Positions 8,480 through 17,152 of a DNA stretch of 32,000 nt are shown here, one piece after another; position 1 is the first letter of the stretch; each line of letters starts with the position of its first letter. Under the pieces are notes generated by a model. The model did no database searches, was not told the DNA's origin, and saw only the letters and a list, made by a program, of their open reading frames with translations. The position numbers and the translations under genes are program-made. This DNA comes from Pseudodesulfovibrio piezophilus C1TLV30 (GTDB lineage Bacteria; Desulfobacterota; Desulfovibrionia; Desulfovibrionales; Desulfovibrionaceae). Where the stretch lies: contig NC_020409.1 of the NCBI RefSeq assembly GCF_000341895.1, forward strand, positions 780,001 to 812,000, in the 5' to 3' direction.

Positions 8480-10240
8480 TTAGCCACATGAATCAATGGC
8501 GACATCGCAAAACTTGCCAACACCATACTCCCGCCGACGGAAGAATTTTTCCGGGCTGGGACTGATAATCTGGAGTTCCGGATATGCCTTCTGCACATCG
8601 AGAGCGATATGCATTTCCTTGGTACACCCTGTGGAATATGTCGCATCCTTCCCTGTCCAGACCGGCGGGACCTTCATCCCCATTATCTCGAAGCTCTTTT
8701 CAATATCGAAATATGTCTGAAAACGCCAGACGTTGATGAAACCGCTTCTCTGAACTTTTTCCCACATATACATGAGATCATCAGCATCCATCCCTTCTTC
8801 AAAATGTTCGCCAGGATTAATGATGAAAGCATCATCAAGCTGATTACGCAAATGGTTGACGTAGGCGGTGATCACCTTGATGGCCTGCTGTGTCTGCCCC
8901 GGTACACTTCCAATGATGCCAGAATAAAACATGACCGTTTTCCCCTGCTCCCTCGCCTGTCGCATCTGCTGAATAATCTCTTCTGCCTTGTTCGCGATAT
9001 AGCGTTCGCTAAACTTGTGTGCAGAGTCAGCTTTCGGCCTGTAATCAAGGATAAAGCGCCCTTCTTCGTTGCGATAAAAACTGACAATATCCCGCGTGAA
9101 ATCATGGCAGGTATTTATAAGGCGTTTGTTCATCGATTGCCCTTTGGCCACAATCAAGTCACACTCTTTCCATGCCCTGGCAAAGCTCACAGAGCACCGA
9201 TACGGGTTGAATTTTTCGCGAGTTCCATCAGAAATCACCACAAACGGATGTTTGCTCATTATTTCAAGCAACTGATTTTTCGAAAGTTTATCCTCACTCA
9301 CAAAATGAGCACCATTGAACCGTTCAGCCAAAATGGGATCATGGTCCCGATCCCAGAAAGTCGGCTGCTCAAAGAAAAATCCTTCCTTCAATGCCATAAT
9401 GACACGATGTCCAAGACGCAGCAACGCCTTGACCACCTGAAGATCAAACATCAATCCACCAGCGCGATTCGGAAGATACAGAATCCGCATGGGACCTTCA
9501 CTATTATCCAACGCAGATGCCACAGGAGCAAAAAGTCTGGAAGTATGCCGAATCTCGCTATCAATATCAGCCTTGCGAAAAGACTCTTCATCAAAGGATT
9601 CCGGCGACCAGTTATCGCTCAAGGTGGAAATTCGCATGAGCCGTTCCACCTCGATCATATCCAGATGATGCCGTAAATCATCTATGCGTCCGCATTCCTC
9701 CACACCGTCCAGGCACCCGTTGACCATGTTGTCAAAGGTCTCGCTGTCAACAATCTTTGCACCACGACGATTCAACGCTTTCCTGATGTCCCTGTAAGGG
9801 TCATCAATTCCGCTCTGGGTCATGAAAATGGTCACGAGCCGTTTCATCAACCGAGACGGAATGACAATAGGAGAAGCAAGAACCATGCGGAATTTGTGAC
9901 GCGCCAACTGGATAAAACGACTGGCCAGCTCTCGCTCCGAACAAAAATTTCTCGTCAGGGCTATAAATATTTTCCACTGCTGTAGGTATTCGTCAAGAAG
10001 CGGGGATGGAAGCCCCTCCTCCAAAAGCATCATAAACATTTCATCCGAACATGGCGCATAAAATTCGCCATCCTCCAGAGCCATTATGAATCGCAGTTGC
10101 TCCATGGACCCATTTTTGTCAGGGTCTATAGTGTATTCCAAATGATTCTCTGTCATAAAATGCAGGAGCAAGGCATCCAAGGATACATGTTTGCCATATT
10201 GAATCTCTTTGGCCGACTCGAAATTGCATTTGAACATCAT
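8480..10240 (-). CDS. Large uncharacterised protein with a central DUF89/ARMT1-like (damage-control phosphatase-like) region
   Basis: 586 aa. It shows DUF89-type landmarks in the expected order and spacing: DDPYRDIRKALN (aa 146-157), LPNRAGGLMFD (aa 256-266) and VAKGQSMN (aa 364-371). I do not recognise the first ~130 aa or the last ~180 aa. The start lies 1 nt after the nadK stop. Confidence 0.8.
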   Translation of the reverse strand: MMFKCNFESAKEIQYGKHVSLDALLLHFMTENHLEYTIDPDKNGSMEQLRFIMALEDGEFYAPCSDEMFMMLLEEGLPSPLLDEYLQQWKIFIALTRNFCSERELASRFIQLARHKFRMVLASPIVIPSRLMKRLVTIFMTQSGIDDPYRDIRKALNRRGAKIVDSETFDNMVNGCLDGVEECGRIDDLRHHLDMIEVERLMRISTLSDNWSPESFDEESFRKADIDSEIRHTSRLFAPVASALDNSEGPMRILYLPNRAGGLMFDLQVVKALLRLGHRVIMALKEGFFFEQPTFWDRDHDPILAERFNGAHFVSEDKLSKNQLLEIMSKHPFVVISDGTREKFNPYRCSVSFARAWKECDLIVAKGQSMNKRLINTCHDFTRDIVSFYRNEEGRFILDYRPKADSAHKFSERYIANKAEEIIQQMRQAREQGKTVMFYSGIIGSVPGQTQQAIKVITAYVNHLRNQLDDAFIINPGEHFEEGMDADDLMYMWEKVQRSGFINVWRFQTYFDIEKSFEIMGMKVPPVWTGKDATYSTGCTKEMHIALDVQKAYPELQIISPSPEKFFRRREYGVGKFCDVAIDSCG

Positions 10241-10241
10241 A

Positions 10242-11093
10242 TTACTTCTCCGTCAGAAATCCATGCTTCTTCAACTTCTCAAAATAGGCGGTAGGTCCGA
10301 GATTGACCACGAGCAAATCAGTCGCGCACCGCCTGATGACAAGCCTGTCCCCAAAATACAGGCTATGGGAAGTCTGTCCGTCTACAGTTAGACTGACCTC
10401 TCCCCGCTCTTCAGCTATCATCACCATGCACTCTTTGTCCGCAGGGACAACCAGCGGCTTGAAACTATTAAGAAATGGGCAGATGGGTGTTACGCTGTAG
10501 GCGAACAAGTCTGCATGCAGAAGTGGACCGCCAGCTGAAACTCCATAGGCTGTAGAGCCAGTGGGAGTCGAAATGATAACCCCATCGGCTCGGAAGGTCG
10601 ATAAATCCACACCATCGTAAGCTATGCCCAACTTGACGAGACGAGCCAGAACACCTCTACTGACAACAAGATCATTTATGGCAGTCCCGCTCCTGACAAG
10701 AGTGTCCCCTCGTAAAATCTCGTACTCCAGAGTCATTCGACCTGCGACATCAAGACCAGTCGCAATGACACTTGAAAGCCACGCTTTCCAGTGATCCCGG
10801 TGCAACTGGGTCAAAAACCCCACCCGCCCCAGATTCACTCCCATAAAAGGCGTACCAAGGGAGAGCAACCAGCGAGCGGCTGCAATGAATGTCCCATCAC
10901 CACCCAGAATCAAAATGAGATCATACTGTCTCGTTTCCTGAAAACTGTCCCTACATGTCTCTGCCGAATGCTCAAGGCAATGGGCTTCGATTCCCGACAA
11001 GGAAAGATGAGCTGTCATCTCTTTTCCCAGGATGGCGCTTTTCGTATCATCAGCTTTTGTCACGATAAGAATATTTTTCAGACCTTCAGGCAT
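10242..11093 (-). CDS. nadK: NAD(+) kinase
   Basis: 283 aa. Contains the GGDGT motif (LILGGDGTFIAAARW), plus NLGRVGFL and the TPTGSTAY motif typical of NadK/PpnK. Confidence 0.95.
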   Translation of the reverse strand: MPEGLKNILIVTKADDTKSAILGKEMTAHLSLSGIEAHCLEHSAETCRDSFQETRQYDLILILGGDGTFIAAARWLLSLGTPFMGVNLGRVGFLTQLHRDHWKAWLSSVIATGLDVAGRMTLEYEILRGDTLVRSGTAINDLVVSRGVLARLVKLGIAYDGVDLSTFRADGVIISTPTGSTAYGVSAGGPLLHADLFAYSVTPICPFLNSFKPLVVPADKECMVMIAEERGEVSLTVDGQTSHSLYFGDRLVIRRCATDLLVVNLGPTAYFEKLKKHGFLTEK

Positions 11094-11201
11094 GCATCGA
11101 ATTTTGGTTTAAATTTTGAAAACATTCAACCTTTATCAATTTTATTTATGTTAAGAGAAAGCATAAAACGCACTTTTCTAGATTTTTTTTACTTTTACCC
11201 C

Positions 11202-11228
11202 TAAAGTTAATTTATTCAGAGACGATCC
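11202..11228 (+). promoter_or_regulatory. Candidate sigma-28 (FliA) promoter
   Basis: TAAAGTTA (11202-11209), an 11-nt spacer, then GACGATCC (11221-11228), compared with the enterobacterial consensus TAAAGTTT-N11-GCCGATAA. It lies 26 nt upstream of the GTG at 11254, with AAGGAAGGA as the SD. Confidence 0.45.
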
Positions 11229-11253
11229 AATCAATCAAGGAAGGACTAAAACT

Positions 11254-11664
11254 GTGTACAATAGATCGGCCAATGTTCGCACCATGCTGCGCACCTATGG
11301 GAAGCAGCTGACAAGCGCCAAGCGCCTCGCCCGTTTCAGGCAGGCCATGGGAGCGTCTCCTGAACGTGATGACGTTGCCAAGCAGGCGAAGCGACGTGAA
11401 TTGGTTGAGCGTATAGCGCACGAGATCATTGAAAATCTGATAGTCAATACGGAACAGTCTCCGGTTGTGGCTGCCGTCACACAGCAGCTGCAGGCGGAAT
11501 TCGGACACCGATTTATTTTCGAATATCCGGTAGACGGAGGTGACGTTCAGATATTAAGAGAAATGGAGCATGGCATATCAGAGCTTCAGGGCGCTGAGAG
11601 AAACACGGTCATGCGGAGACTTTGGGAGATAACATTGTCCAAGGTTGACGAGACAATGCTTTGA
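11254..11664 (+). CDS. FlgM-associated protein of unknown function (I recall a 'DVU0524 family' name for this type)
   Basis: The 136-aa ORF has a GTG start behind AAGGAAGGA and sits directly upstream of flgM with a 28-nt gap. It has no recognisable enzymatic motif. The family name comes from memory of annotation practice and is not verified. Confidence 0.7.
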   Translation: MYNRSANVRTMLRTYGKQLTSAKRLARFRQAMGASPERDDVAKQAKRRELVERIAHEIIENLIVNTEQSPVVAAVTQQLQAEFGHRFIFEYPVDGGDVQILREMEHGISELQGAERNTVMRRLWEITLSKVDETML

Positions 11665-11692
11665 TTATCCCGGAACATTCGGGAGGGAAGAC

Positions 11693-12007
11693 ATGGTTAT
11701 CAAGAGTATAGTAGGGGATCAACACCCTTACGCAAACAAGAAAGTCGAGAACAGAGGCCCCACGGATCAGCAACAGACCCAGACGACAACAAAGTCGTCA
11801 GGAGATAATGCAGACCGTGTGGTGCTGTCCTCCGAAGCCAAGCTGCGCGGAGCGGCTTTACAAACGGCAAACGAAACGTCAGATATTCGCCGGGAAAAGG
11901 TGGATAAGTTGAAGCAACAGGTCAAGGACGGAACATATACGCCGGACCTGAAAAAGGCCGCCGCAAATCTTATCCGCGACGACCTCGAACTTCTTGTTGA
12001 CCGTTAA
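11693..12007 (+). CDS. flgM: Anti-sigma-28 factor FlgM
   Basis: 104 aa from the ATG at 11693, behind GGGAGGGAAG. It has a low-complexity N-terminal half and a C-terminal IRREKVDKLKQQVKDGTYTPDLKKAAANLI motif typical of FlgM. The track's 11645 start is a TTG with no SD. Confidence 0.85.
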   Translation: MVIKSIVGDQHPYANKKVENRGPTDQQQTQTTTKSSGDNADRVVLSSEAKLRGAALQTANETSDIRREKVDKLKQQVKDGTYTPDLKKAAANLIRDDLELLVDR

Positions 12008-12027
12008 TAATTGCTGAAAGACCGGGA

Positions 12028-12447
12028 TTAACGATCAATCGGACTAAAATGGGTGGGGTATCCCCCATCAGTCTGCGGGACCTGAAGACCTATCCGAGCC
12101 TCAGTGTTGATAACTATCGGCCCCTGAAGGTTCAGGGTGGTGTCTTCTGGTTTGTTTTGTGGAATGGTGACAGTCACAAGAATCGCCAACTGTTTGACAT
12201 TCTCTATCTTGAGAGTTTTCCTGTCGATCTTCTCAAGTTTCACATCGTAGTCGTCAAGAAAGGAGTACGGATCAGCGACAAGCAATCCTAATCCGGGATC
12301 AGTGATACACTGTAGAAGCAGAAAAGGAGAATCATTGTCCTTGACGCTCAACAATGCAAATTCGCGCTTGTCCTCAAGACCGATGAGCCCCCGAGGGAAA
12401 TAAACAATACCGTCCGGGCTGATTTCACGCTCGCCCAGCCTCGTCAT
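12028..12447 (-). CDS. fliW: Flagellar assembly factor FliW (CsrA antagonist)
   Basis: [33 protein letters not shown] matches the FliW N-terminal pattern. I prefer the ATG at 12447, which overlaps the csrA TAA by 1 nt (TAATG). The longer alternative start is at 12474. Confidence 0.88.
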   Translation of the reverse strand: MTRLGEREISPDGIVYFPRGLIGLEDKREFALLSVKDNDSPFLLLQCITDPGLGLLVADPYSFLDDYDVKLEKIDRKTLKIENVKQLAILVTVTIPQNKPEDTTLNLQGPIVINTEARIGLQVPQTDGGYPTHFSPIDR

Positions 12448-12689
12448 TATTTTTTGATTTCTTTCTTTTGCCATAGCGCAGCCGCCGCGAGCAGGTCCTG
12501 CTGGCTGGTTTCCAGCGCCTGCTTGTTCTGTTCCTTGATCTTCAAATACACCTCTTCCCGATAGACAGTCATGTCTTCGGGGACATCCAGGCCGATTTTT
12601 ATCTGCTTGCCCTGAACACTCAGGATCTTCAGCTTGATATTATCGCCCAGATAGAGGCTTTCTCCCGGTCTCCGGGTCAGTATCAACAT
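12447..12689 (-). CDS. csrA: Carbon storage regulator CsrA (flagellar type with a C-terminal extension)
   Basis: [48 protein letters not shown] is canonical CsrA. The start at 12689 lies behind GGTGG. The track's longer ORF adds 14 non-conserved residues. Confidence 0.95.
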   Translation of the reverse strand: MLILTRRPGESLYLGDNIKLKILSVQGKQIKIGLDVPEDMTVYREEVYLKIKEQNKQALETSQQDLLAAAALWQKKEIKK

Positions 12690-12787
12690 TGTGCCACCAT
12701 ACGTTACGGCTTCAGCGCGACAATTTCGCACGTACCTTCTACAAGCCGACTACATCACGTTTCAATGCAAGTCCAGTTTAAGAAATA

Positions 12788-14449
12788 TTAAATAAATTTA
12801 CCAAGGTTCAACTGCATGATCATTGAAGTGGACCTGAGAACGGATTCATAGACGATCTGCTGCTGTGCCAGCTCGGTCATTAATTCGCTCACATCGGCAT
12901 CTTCGATGGAACTGACGAGTGTGTCCTCATTCAGTTGCAGACCTTCAAGAATAGTCTGCCCCACTTCAAGGCGATTTTCACGGCCACCAACATCCGCAGT
13001 GCTGTTCATGATGTGCTTTTGCGCCTCGCTCAGATTGGCGAGCGCCTGTTGAACACCTGTCTGGTTGTTAGTCTCGGTAAAGGCGATCAGGTTTCCCATG
13101 ACTTCAAAGAGATTCTTGGAGTATTCATCATCTCCCTGAATCGAGACCGCCATATTAGGTGCTCCATCCGACTGGAAAACCCTTGAGGCATTAGCGCTGC
13201 CCAGAGTTAAAATGGAACCATCCGCAGCTGTTACAGCATCAGGGTCCATATAAATCCCCCCGAAGATGTCCTTACCAACGTCATTGACCCTCACTCGCTC
13301 ACTTGAAGAAATATCAAGTTCAATATCTGCGGTCCTCGGCCTGATAACGAACTGCTGCCCCGGTTGCAGTTGATTGGAGCCATTTGAGGCCAGACGAAGA
13401 ATACCGCCATTAGCAACGCTTAGGGTCGTTGCATTGGACGAAGTATCGGCTTGAGCAATGTTCCCGGTAACCCAATTGATGCCGCCATCAAGACTGTAAG
13501 AATATTCAATATCTTCATTCATTGCCACGGCACTGGAATTATCAATACGAACAGTCACGTTGGTATTCAAAAATGAGCCGGAAGCAGAAGCGGTGATAGT
13601 GCCACTCCCGGTTCCGAACTGATCGACATCCGGCGGTGGATCATTATCATCACCGAGATAACGAACAGAAGGTCTGATCCAGAGCCATGTTCCATCGGAG
13701 TTGGTCGGATCCTCAGAATCATTATTCTTCACGATGGTATCACTGGCAAAATCCACACTGGTACCACTGCTTGGCAGGTTCAATGTCCCCTGACCGGCGC
13801 TAAACGTCATGTACCCATCACTCAGCCAGCTATCACCACCATCAATGCTGTACCGGACCCCGGCATTGGACAGATTCATGTCCCCACCGACCTCGACAGT
13901 TCCGCTTTCATCAAGGAACTGAACCAGAACGGTAGTGTCTGCTGACCCATTGACAGTAAAATCAACCGAACTGGCAAAACTGTCATCATTCGTCGTCAGC
14001 CACATGATCTCTTCGAAGGCCGCCCCTTGGGTCTTCTGCCCTCCGTAAATGTTATTCCCTTCAAACTCCGTATTGGACAGTCCAACCATCTGTTCAAAGA
14101 GACTTCTCAATTCATAACTGATTTGTTCCCGGTTATCGGAATCAACCGTTCCTGTGGCAGCCTGGGTCGCCAATTCCTTGGCTCGTGTCAAAATTGTAGA
14201 GACTTGCAAAAGAGCTTCATCAGAACCATTCAGCCACCCTTTTGCCGTCGAAATATTCTCGCTATATTGTTCAAGAGACCGTATCGTATCTCGATGGTCG
14301 AGTATACGTGTCATTCCTGTAGGATCGTCACTCGGCTTATTAATCTGCTTTTGTGTCTGAGCCTTGATATTGAGATCCATCAAAGAAGTCAGGGAGGTAT
14401 TCAGATTATACACATACCTGTTAAAGAGCATTTGTTGCGTTACGCGCAT
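12788..14449 (-). CDS. flgL: Flagellar hook-associated protein 3 (hook-filament junction protein FlgL), long form
   Basis: It has a flagellin-like N-terminus (MRVTQQMLFNRYVYNLNTSLTSLMDLNIKAQTQKQINKPSDDP) and C-terminus (EDADVSELMTELAQQQIVYESVLRSTSMIMQLNL). It sits immediately after flgK. Confidence 0.9.
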   Translation of the reverse strand: MRVTQQMLFNRYVYNLNTSLTSLMDLNIKAQTQKQINKPSDDPTGMTRILDHRDTIRSLEQYSENISTAKGWLNGSDEALLQVSTILTRAKELATQAATGTVDSDNREQISYELRSLFEQMVGLSNTEFEGNNIYGGQKTQGAAFEEIMWLTTNDDSFASSVDFTVNGSADTTVLVQFLDESGTVEVGGDMNLSNAGVRYSIDGGDSWLSDGYMTFSAGQGTLNLPSSGTSVDFASDTIVKNNDSEDPTNSDGTWLWIRPSVRYLGDDNDPPPDVDQFGTGSGTITASASGSFLNTNVTVRIDNSSAVAMNEDIEYSYSLDGGINWVTGNIAQADTSSNATTLSVANGGILRLASNGSNQLQPGQQFVIRPRTADIELDISSSERVRVNDVGKDIFGGIYMDPDAVTAADGSILTLGSANASRVFQSDGAPNMAVSIQGDDEYSKNLFEVMGNLIAFTETNNQTGVQQALANLSEAQKHIMNSTADVGGRENRLEVGQTILEGLQLNEDTLVSSIEDADVSELMTELAQQQIVYESVLRSTSMIMQLNLGKFI

Positions 14450-14460
14450 AACTCCTCTCC

Positions 14461-16596
14461 TTAAGCCTTCAGTGACAGGATGGTTTGCAGCATCTCGTCA
14501 GCAGTGGTGATAAGCTTGGCTGCGGCCGTGTAGGATGACTGGTACTTGATGAGATTGCTCATTTCTTCATCCAGGTTGACACCTGAAACCTGCTGTTGCC
14601 TCTCGTCCAGGTCATTGGCCAGTGTACTGTAGAAATTTTGATTGAACTCGGCACGATTGGTATCGGTTCCAACATTGCCCACAAGTCCGTTATAGTAATC
14701 AAGGATGGAAGTGGATGTGGTTCCTTCGGTGATCGTCGAAAACTTGACATCGACTTCACGCAAATCATACATGGACAAGGCTGTTGTATTGTCGCCGGGA
14801 TTCAACTCTCCGGCCCCATTGACATGCCCGGTTGCAAGATAGTCCAAATCACCTGTTATCTTCTCGTTGACTTGGATATCACCAGGAGTCGATCCCTTGA
14901 AAAAGGTGTTTAACCCGAGTCCTGCCATTAATCCGGCGCTGTCTGTTCCATAGGCGAAAGTGTACCCGTCTTCGGCATCCAACATCAGTTGGTTATTGAC
15001 AATGGACGCTGAAATCATGCCCGGATACGTATTATTGAAAGCATCCCTCACATCTTCGAGAGTATGGATATCCGGGTTGAATGTCGCGCCGCCTCCAAAA
15101 TCAAGAGCAGCGGAAGAAGTCAACAACCCCGTGCTGGCATTGTAGACATACATGAAAGAACTGCCCGACTGGAGCTTGTCACCAAAGACCAATCCAGTGG
15201 AGTCAGACCCCAAGGCCTTGGCAGAGTCTGCAACCTGATATGTCCCTTCGGAATTCGTAAAGGTCTGTAAACCTGCGCCTTGACTATGACGTCGATTCGT
15301 TTCCCAGACGAGGCTTTCGGATAATTTTTCCAGCTTCTCCCGATACTTGCCAACGTAATTGTCGCGAAAAGTCAACATTGCCGCGATACTGCCACCAGTC
15401 AGTCGAGTCGAATTTTCTTCCCCATTGAAATGTAATTGGGGGGTGATATTTTCCTTATGAGAAGTATTTTCCACCCAATACAGTCCCTGATGCGGGCTGA
15501 TGATGAACCGATCTCCAGCCTGAAATTCACCGCCGGGTGTTGCCTTGGAATCGGTTGAAGTCCCGAACCAGATCTGCAACCCTTCCACATTCACACGGGA
15601 ATCATAATCGCGAGCCGAAAAGAGTTGCTGATCTCCATTTTCATCGGTCAACCAGGTCACGCCGCCATCCATGGAAACGCGGAATTGAGCAGAGGAACCA
15701 TCTGAAGTCAGTTCTCCTGCAGCAGTGGACCCTGCACTGGAGCCAACAAATTCGATGGTATACTCGAAATCATCATTTCCTTCGAAATAAATATCGCCTT
15801 CAAATGTCGAAGTAGACCGAAGATCCTTGGTGATTTCCGGTGCACTAAATTCCAAAGCATAATGGCTTGCACCATCAACAAGATTCTGGCCAGCCGTGGT
15901 CATGATGGTAAAATCACCACCTCCGTTATCAATGGTGGTAATATCCACTAATTCACCTAATTCACGAACCTTTCGAGCACGTTCGTCAAGCAGAGTATTG
16001 GCATTGTTCTGCCCTTCAATATGGTGAATTTGTATTTCCTTGTTGAGATCGGCAATCTCACTCATCAAGGAGTTGGCTTCATCGACTTGAGCAGCCACCG
16101 TCGTATTGATACGCTGCTGCATCAGGGAAAGGTCCGTATCAACCTGCTTGAGCGTTGAGACCAGCGTTGCCGCATCGTTCACAACGGATTGACGCGCCCC
16201 ATAATTATCCGGACGCTGACTGACCTCATTCCATGAATTGAAAAATTGAGACAAGGTGTTACTGACACCTGTTCCGCTTGATTCATTGAGCAAGTTCTCA
16301 ACACTCGAAAGCTGCTCCCACAGAGTGCCCCACTTTTCTTTGTGAGCCGCCTGTTCCAGGTACAACTCCTCGACCATTTCATCAAAACTGCGAGCCACCT
16401 GAGTGGCCTTGACCCCGGTACCCAATTGACCAGGTGAATAGTCAATATAAGTGCCTTCTTCCAAAAGGACAGATCGTCGGGAATACCCCTCGGTATTCAC
16501 GTTCGATATATTCTGTCCCGTCACCTGCAACTGTACTTGCGACGCGAACAAGGCCCAGCGGCCCATATCAAGGATTGAGTTGGCGCCGAAGGACAT
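14461..16596 (-). CDS. flgK: Flagellar hook-associated protein 1 FlgK
   Basis: 711 aa. The N-terminus ALFASQVQLQVTGQNISNVNTEGYSRR and the C-terminus SGVNLDEEMSNLIKYQSSYTAAAKLITTADEMLQTIL are hallmark FlgK segments. Confidence 0.95.
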   Translation of the reverse strand: MSFGANSILDMGRWALFASQVQLQVTGQNISNVNTEGYSRRSVLLEEGTYIDYSPGQLGTGVKATQVARSFDEMVEELYLEQAAHKEKWGTLWEQLSSVENLLNESSGTGVSNTLSQFFNSWNEVSQRPDNYGARQSVVNDAATLVSTLKQVDTDLSLMQQRINTTVAAQVDEANSLMSEIADLNKEIQIHHIEGQNNANTLLDERARKVRELGELVDITTIDNGGGDFTIMTTAGQNLVDGASHYALEFSAPEITKDLRSTSTFEGDIYFEGNDDFEYTIEFVGSSAGSTAAGELTSDGSSAQFRVSMDGGVTWLTDENGDQQLFSARDYDSRVNVEGLQIWFGTSTDSKATPGGEFQAGDRFIISPHQGLYWVENTSHKENITPQLHFNGEENSTRLTGGSIAAMLTFRDNYVGKYREKLEKLSESLVWETNRRHSQGAGLQTFTNSEGTYQVADSAKALGSDSTGLVFGDKLQSGSSFMYVYNASTGLLTSSAALDFGGGATFNPDIHTLEDVRDAFNNTYPGMISASIVNNQLMLDAEDGYTFAYGTDSAGLMAGLGLNTFFKGSTPGDIQVNEKITGDLDYLATGHVNGAGELNPGDNTTALSMYDLREVDVKFSTITEGTTSTSILDYYNGLVGNVGTDTNRAEFNQNFYSTLANDLDERQQQVSGVNLDEEMSNLIKYQSSYTAAAKLITTADEMLQTILSLKA

Positions 16597-17075
16597 TACA
16601 GTCTCCCGGTCAGGATACGAGCATTCCCCGGACTCTTGGCAAAACGTCCGGTAGATCCGTAAGCGCCAGTGTTCTTGGGCTTGATCTGATCATGCATGAA
16701 CTTGAGAAGCCCTTTGCTCTGATCAAAAAGGGCCTTGGCCATCTCGTTATTCTTGGCAGCTTGAACAGCACTTTTCTGCTGAGTCTCTTCCAAAAGCTTG
16801 ACGAGCCCCTGAAATGTTTCCCTGGTCTCATCATCCATCATCAAATACAAATCCCGAACCCGAGTAGCTCCCTTGACAAGAGTCCCTATCATCTTGCGCA
16901 AACTCAGCCTTTCACTCGCAATCTGACGCATAAGCTCCTGAATGGACAACTCGATCTGAGACACCCCTTGCGGGTTAGAACTCATCAGACGGGTAAATTC
17001 TTCCTCCAGAAGGATGTACAACAGCATTAACGCCTTGTTCTGCCGGACCAAATTTTCCTCTAATAGGCGGTACAT
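16596..17075 (-). CDS. flgN: FlgN-like flagellar export chaperone
   Basis: A 159-aa helical protein directly upstream of flgK, with TAATG stop/start overlap. The N-terminus LLEENLVRQNKALMLLYILLEEEFTRL resembles the FlgN family. The call rests mostly on context. Confidence 0.65.
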   Translation of the reverse strand: MYRLLEENLVRQNKALMLLYILLEEEFTRLMSSNPQGVSQIELSIQELMRQIASERLSLRKMIGTLVKGATRVRDLYLMMDDETRETFQGLVKLLEETQQKSAVQAAKNNEMAKALFDQSKGLLKFMHDQIKPKNTGAYGSTGRFAKSPGNARILTGRL

Positions 17076-17152
17076 ACTCTCTCCCTTGCCAAGCTAACGA
17101 CTTGAATTTTATGTCTTAACAATCGAAAGACCTCGTTAACATTACTTGAGGT

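Noticed and set aside
8458-8646. 5' extensions of track ORFs (mltA to 8646, flgI to 19219, infB to 24866, rimP to 22765, nusA to 23311, rbfA to 28209, csrA to 12731, flgM to 11645)
   Set aside because: Each extension overlaps the upstream gene or lacks an SD. In every case an internal start has a good SD and begins exactly where the conserved family N-terminus or signal peptide begins.
8609-9676. 355-aa plus-strand ORF antisense to the DUF89-like gene
   Set aside because: It is a shadow ORF. The minus-strand frame carries ordered DUF89 motifs and fits the operon spacing. The plus-strand product has no recognisable features and an implausible composition.
17076-17152. Possible sigma-28 promoter in the flgJ-flgN gap (TAATGTTA ... 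TTCGATTG)
   Set aside because: The two boxes are separated by 9 nt rather than 11, and the -10 box matches poorly. The sigma-54-like site at 17165-17180 is a better candidate.
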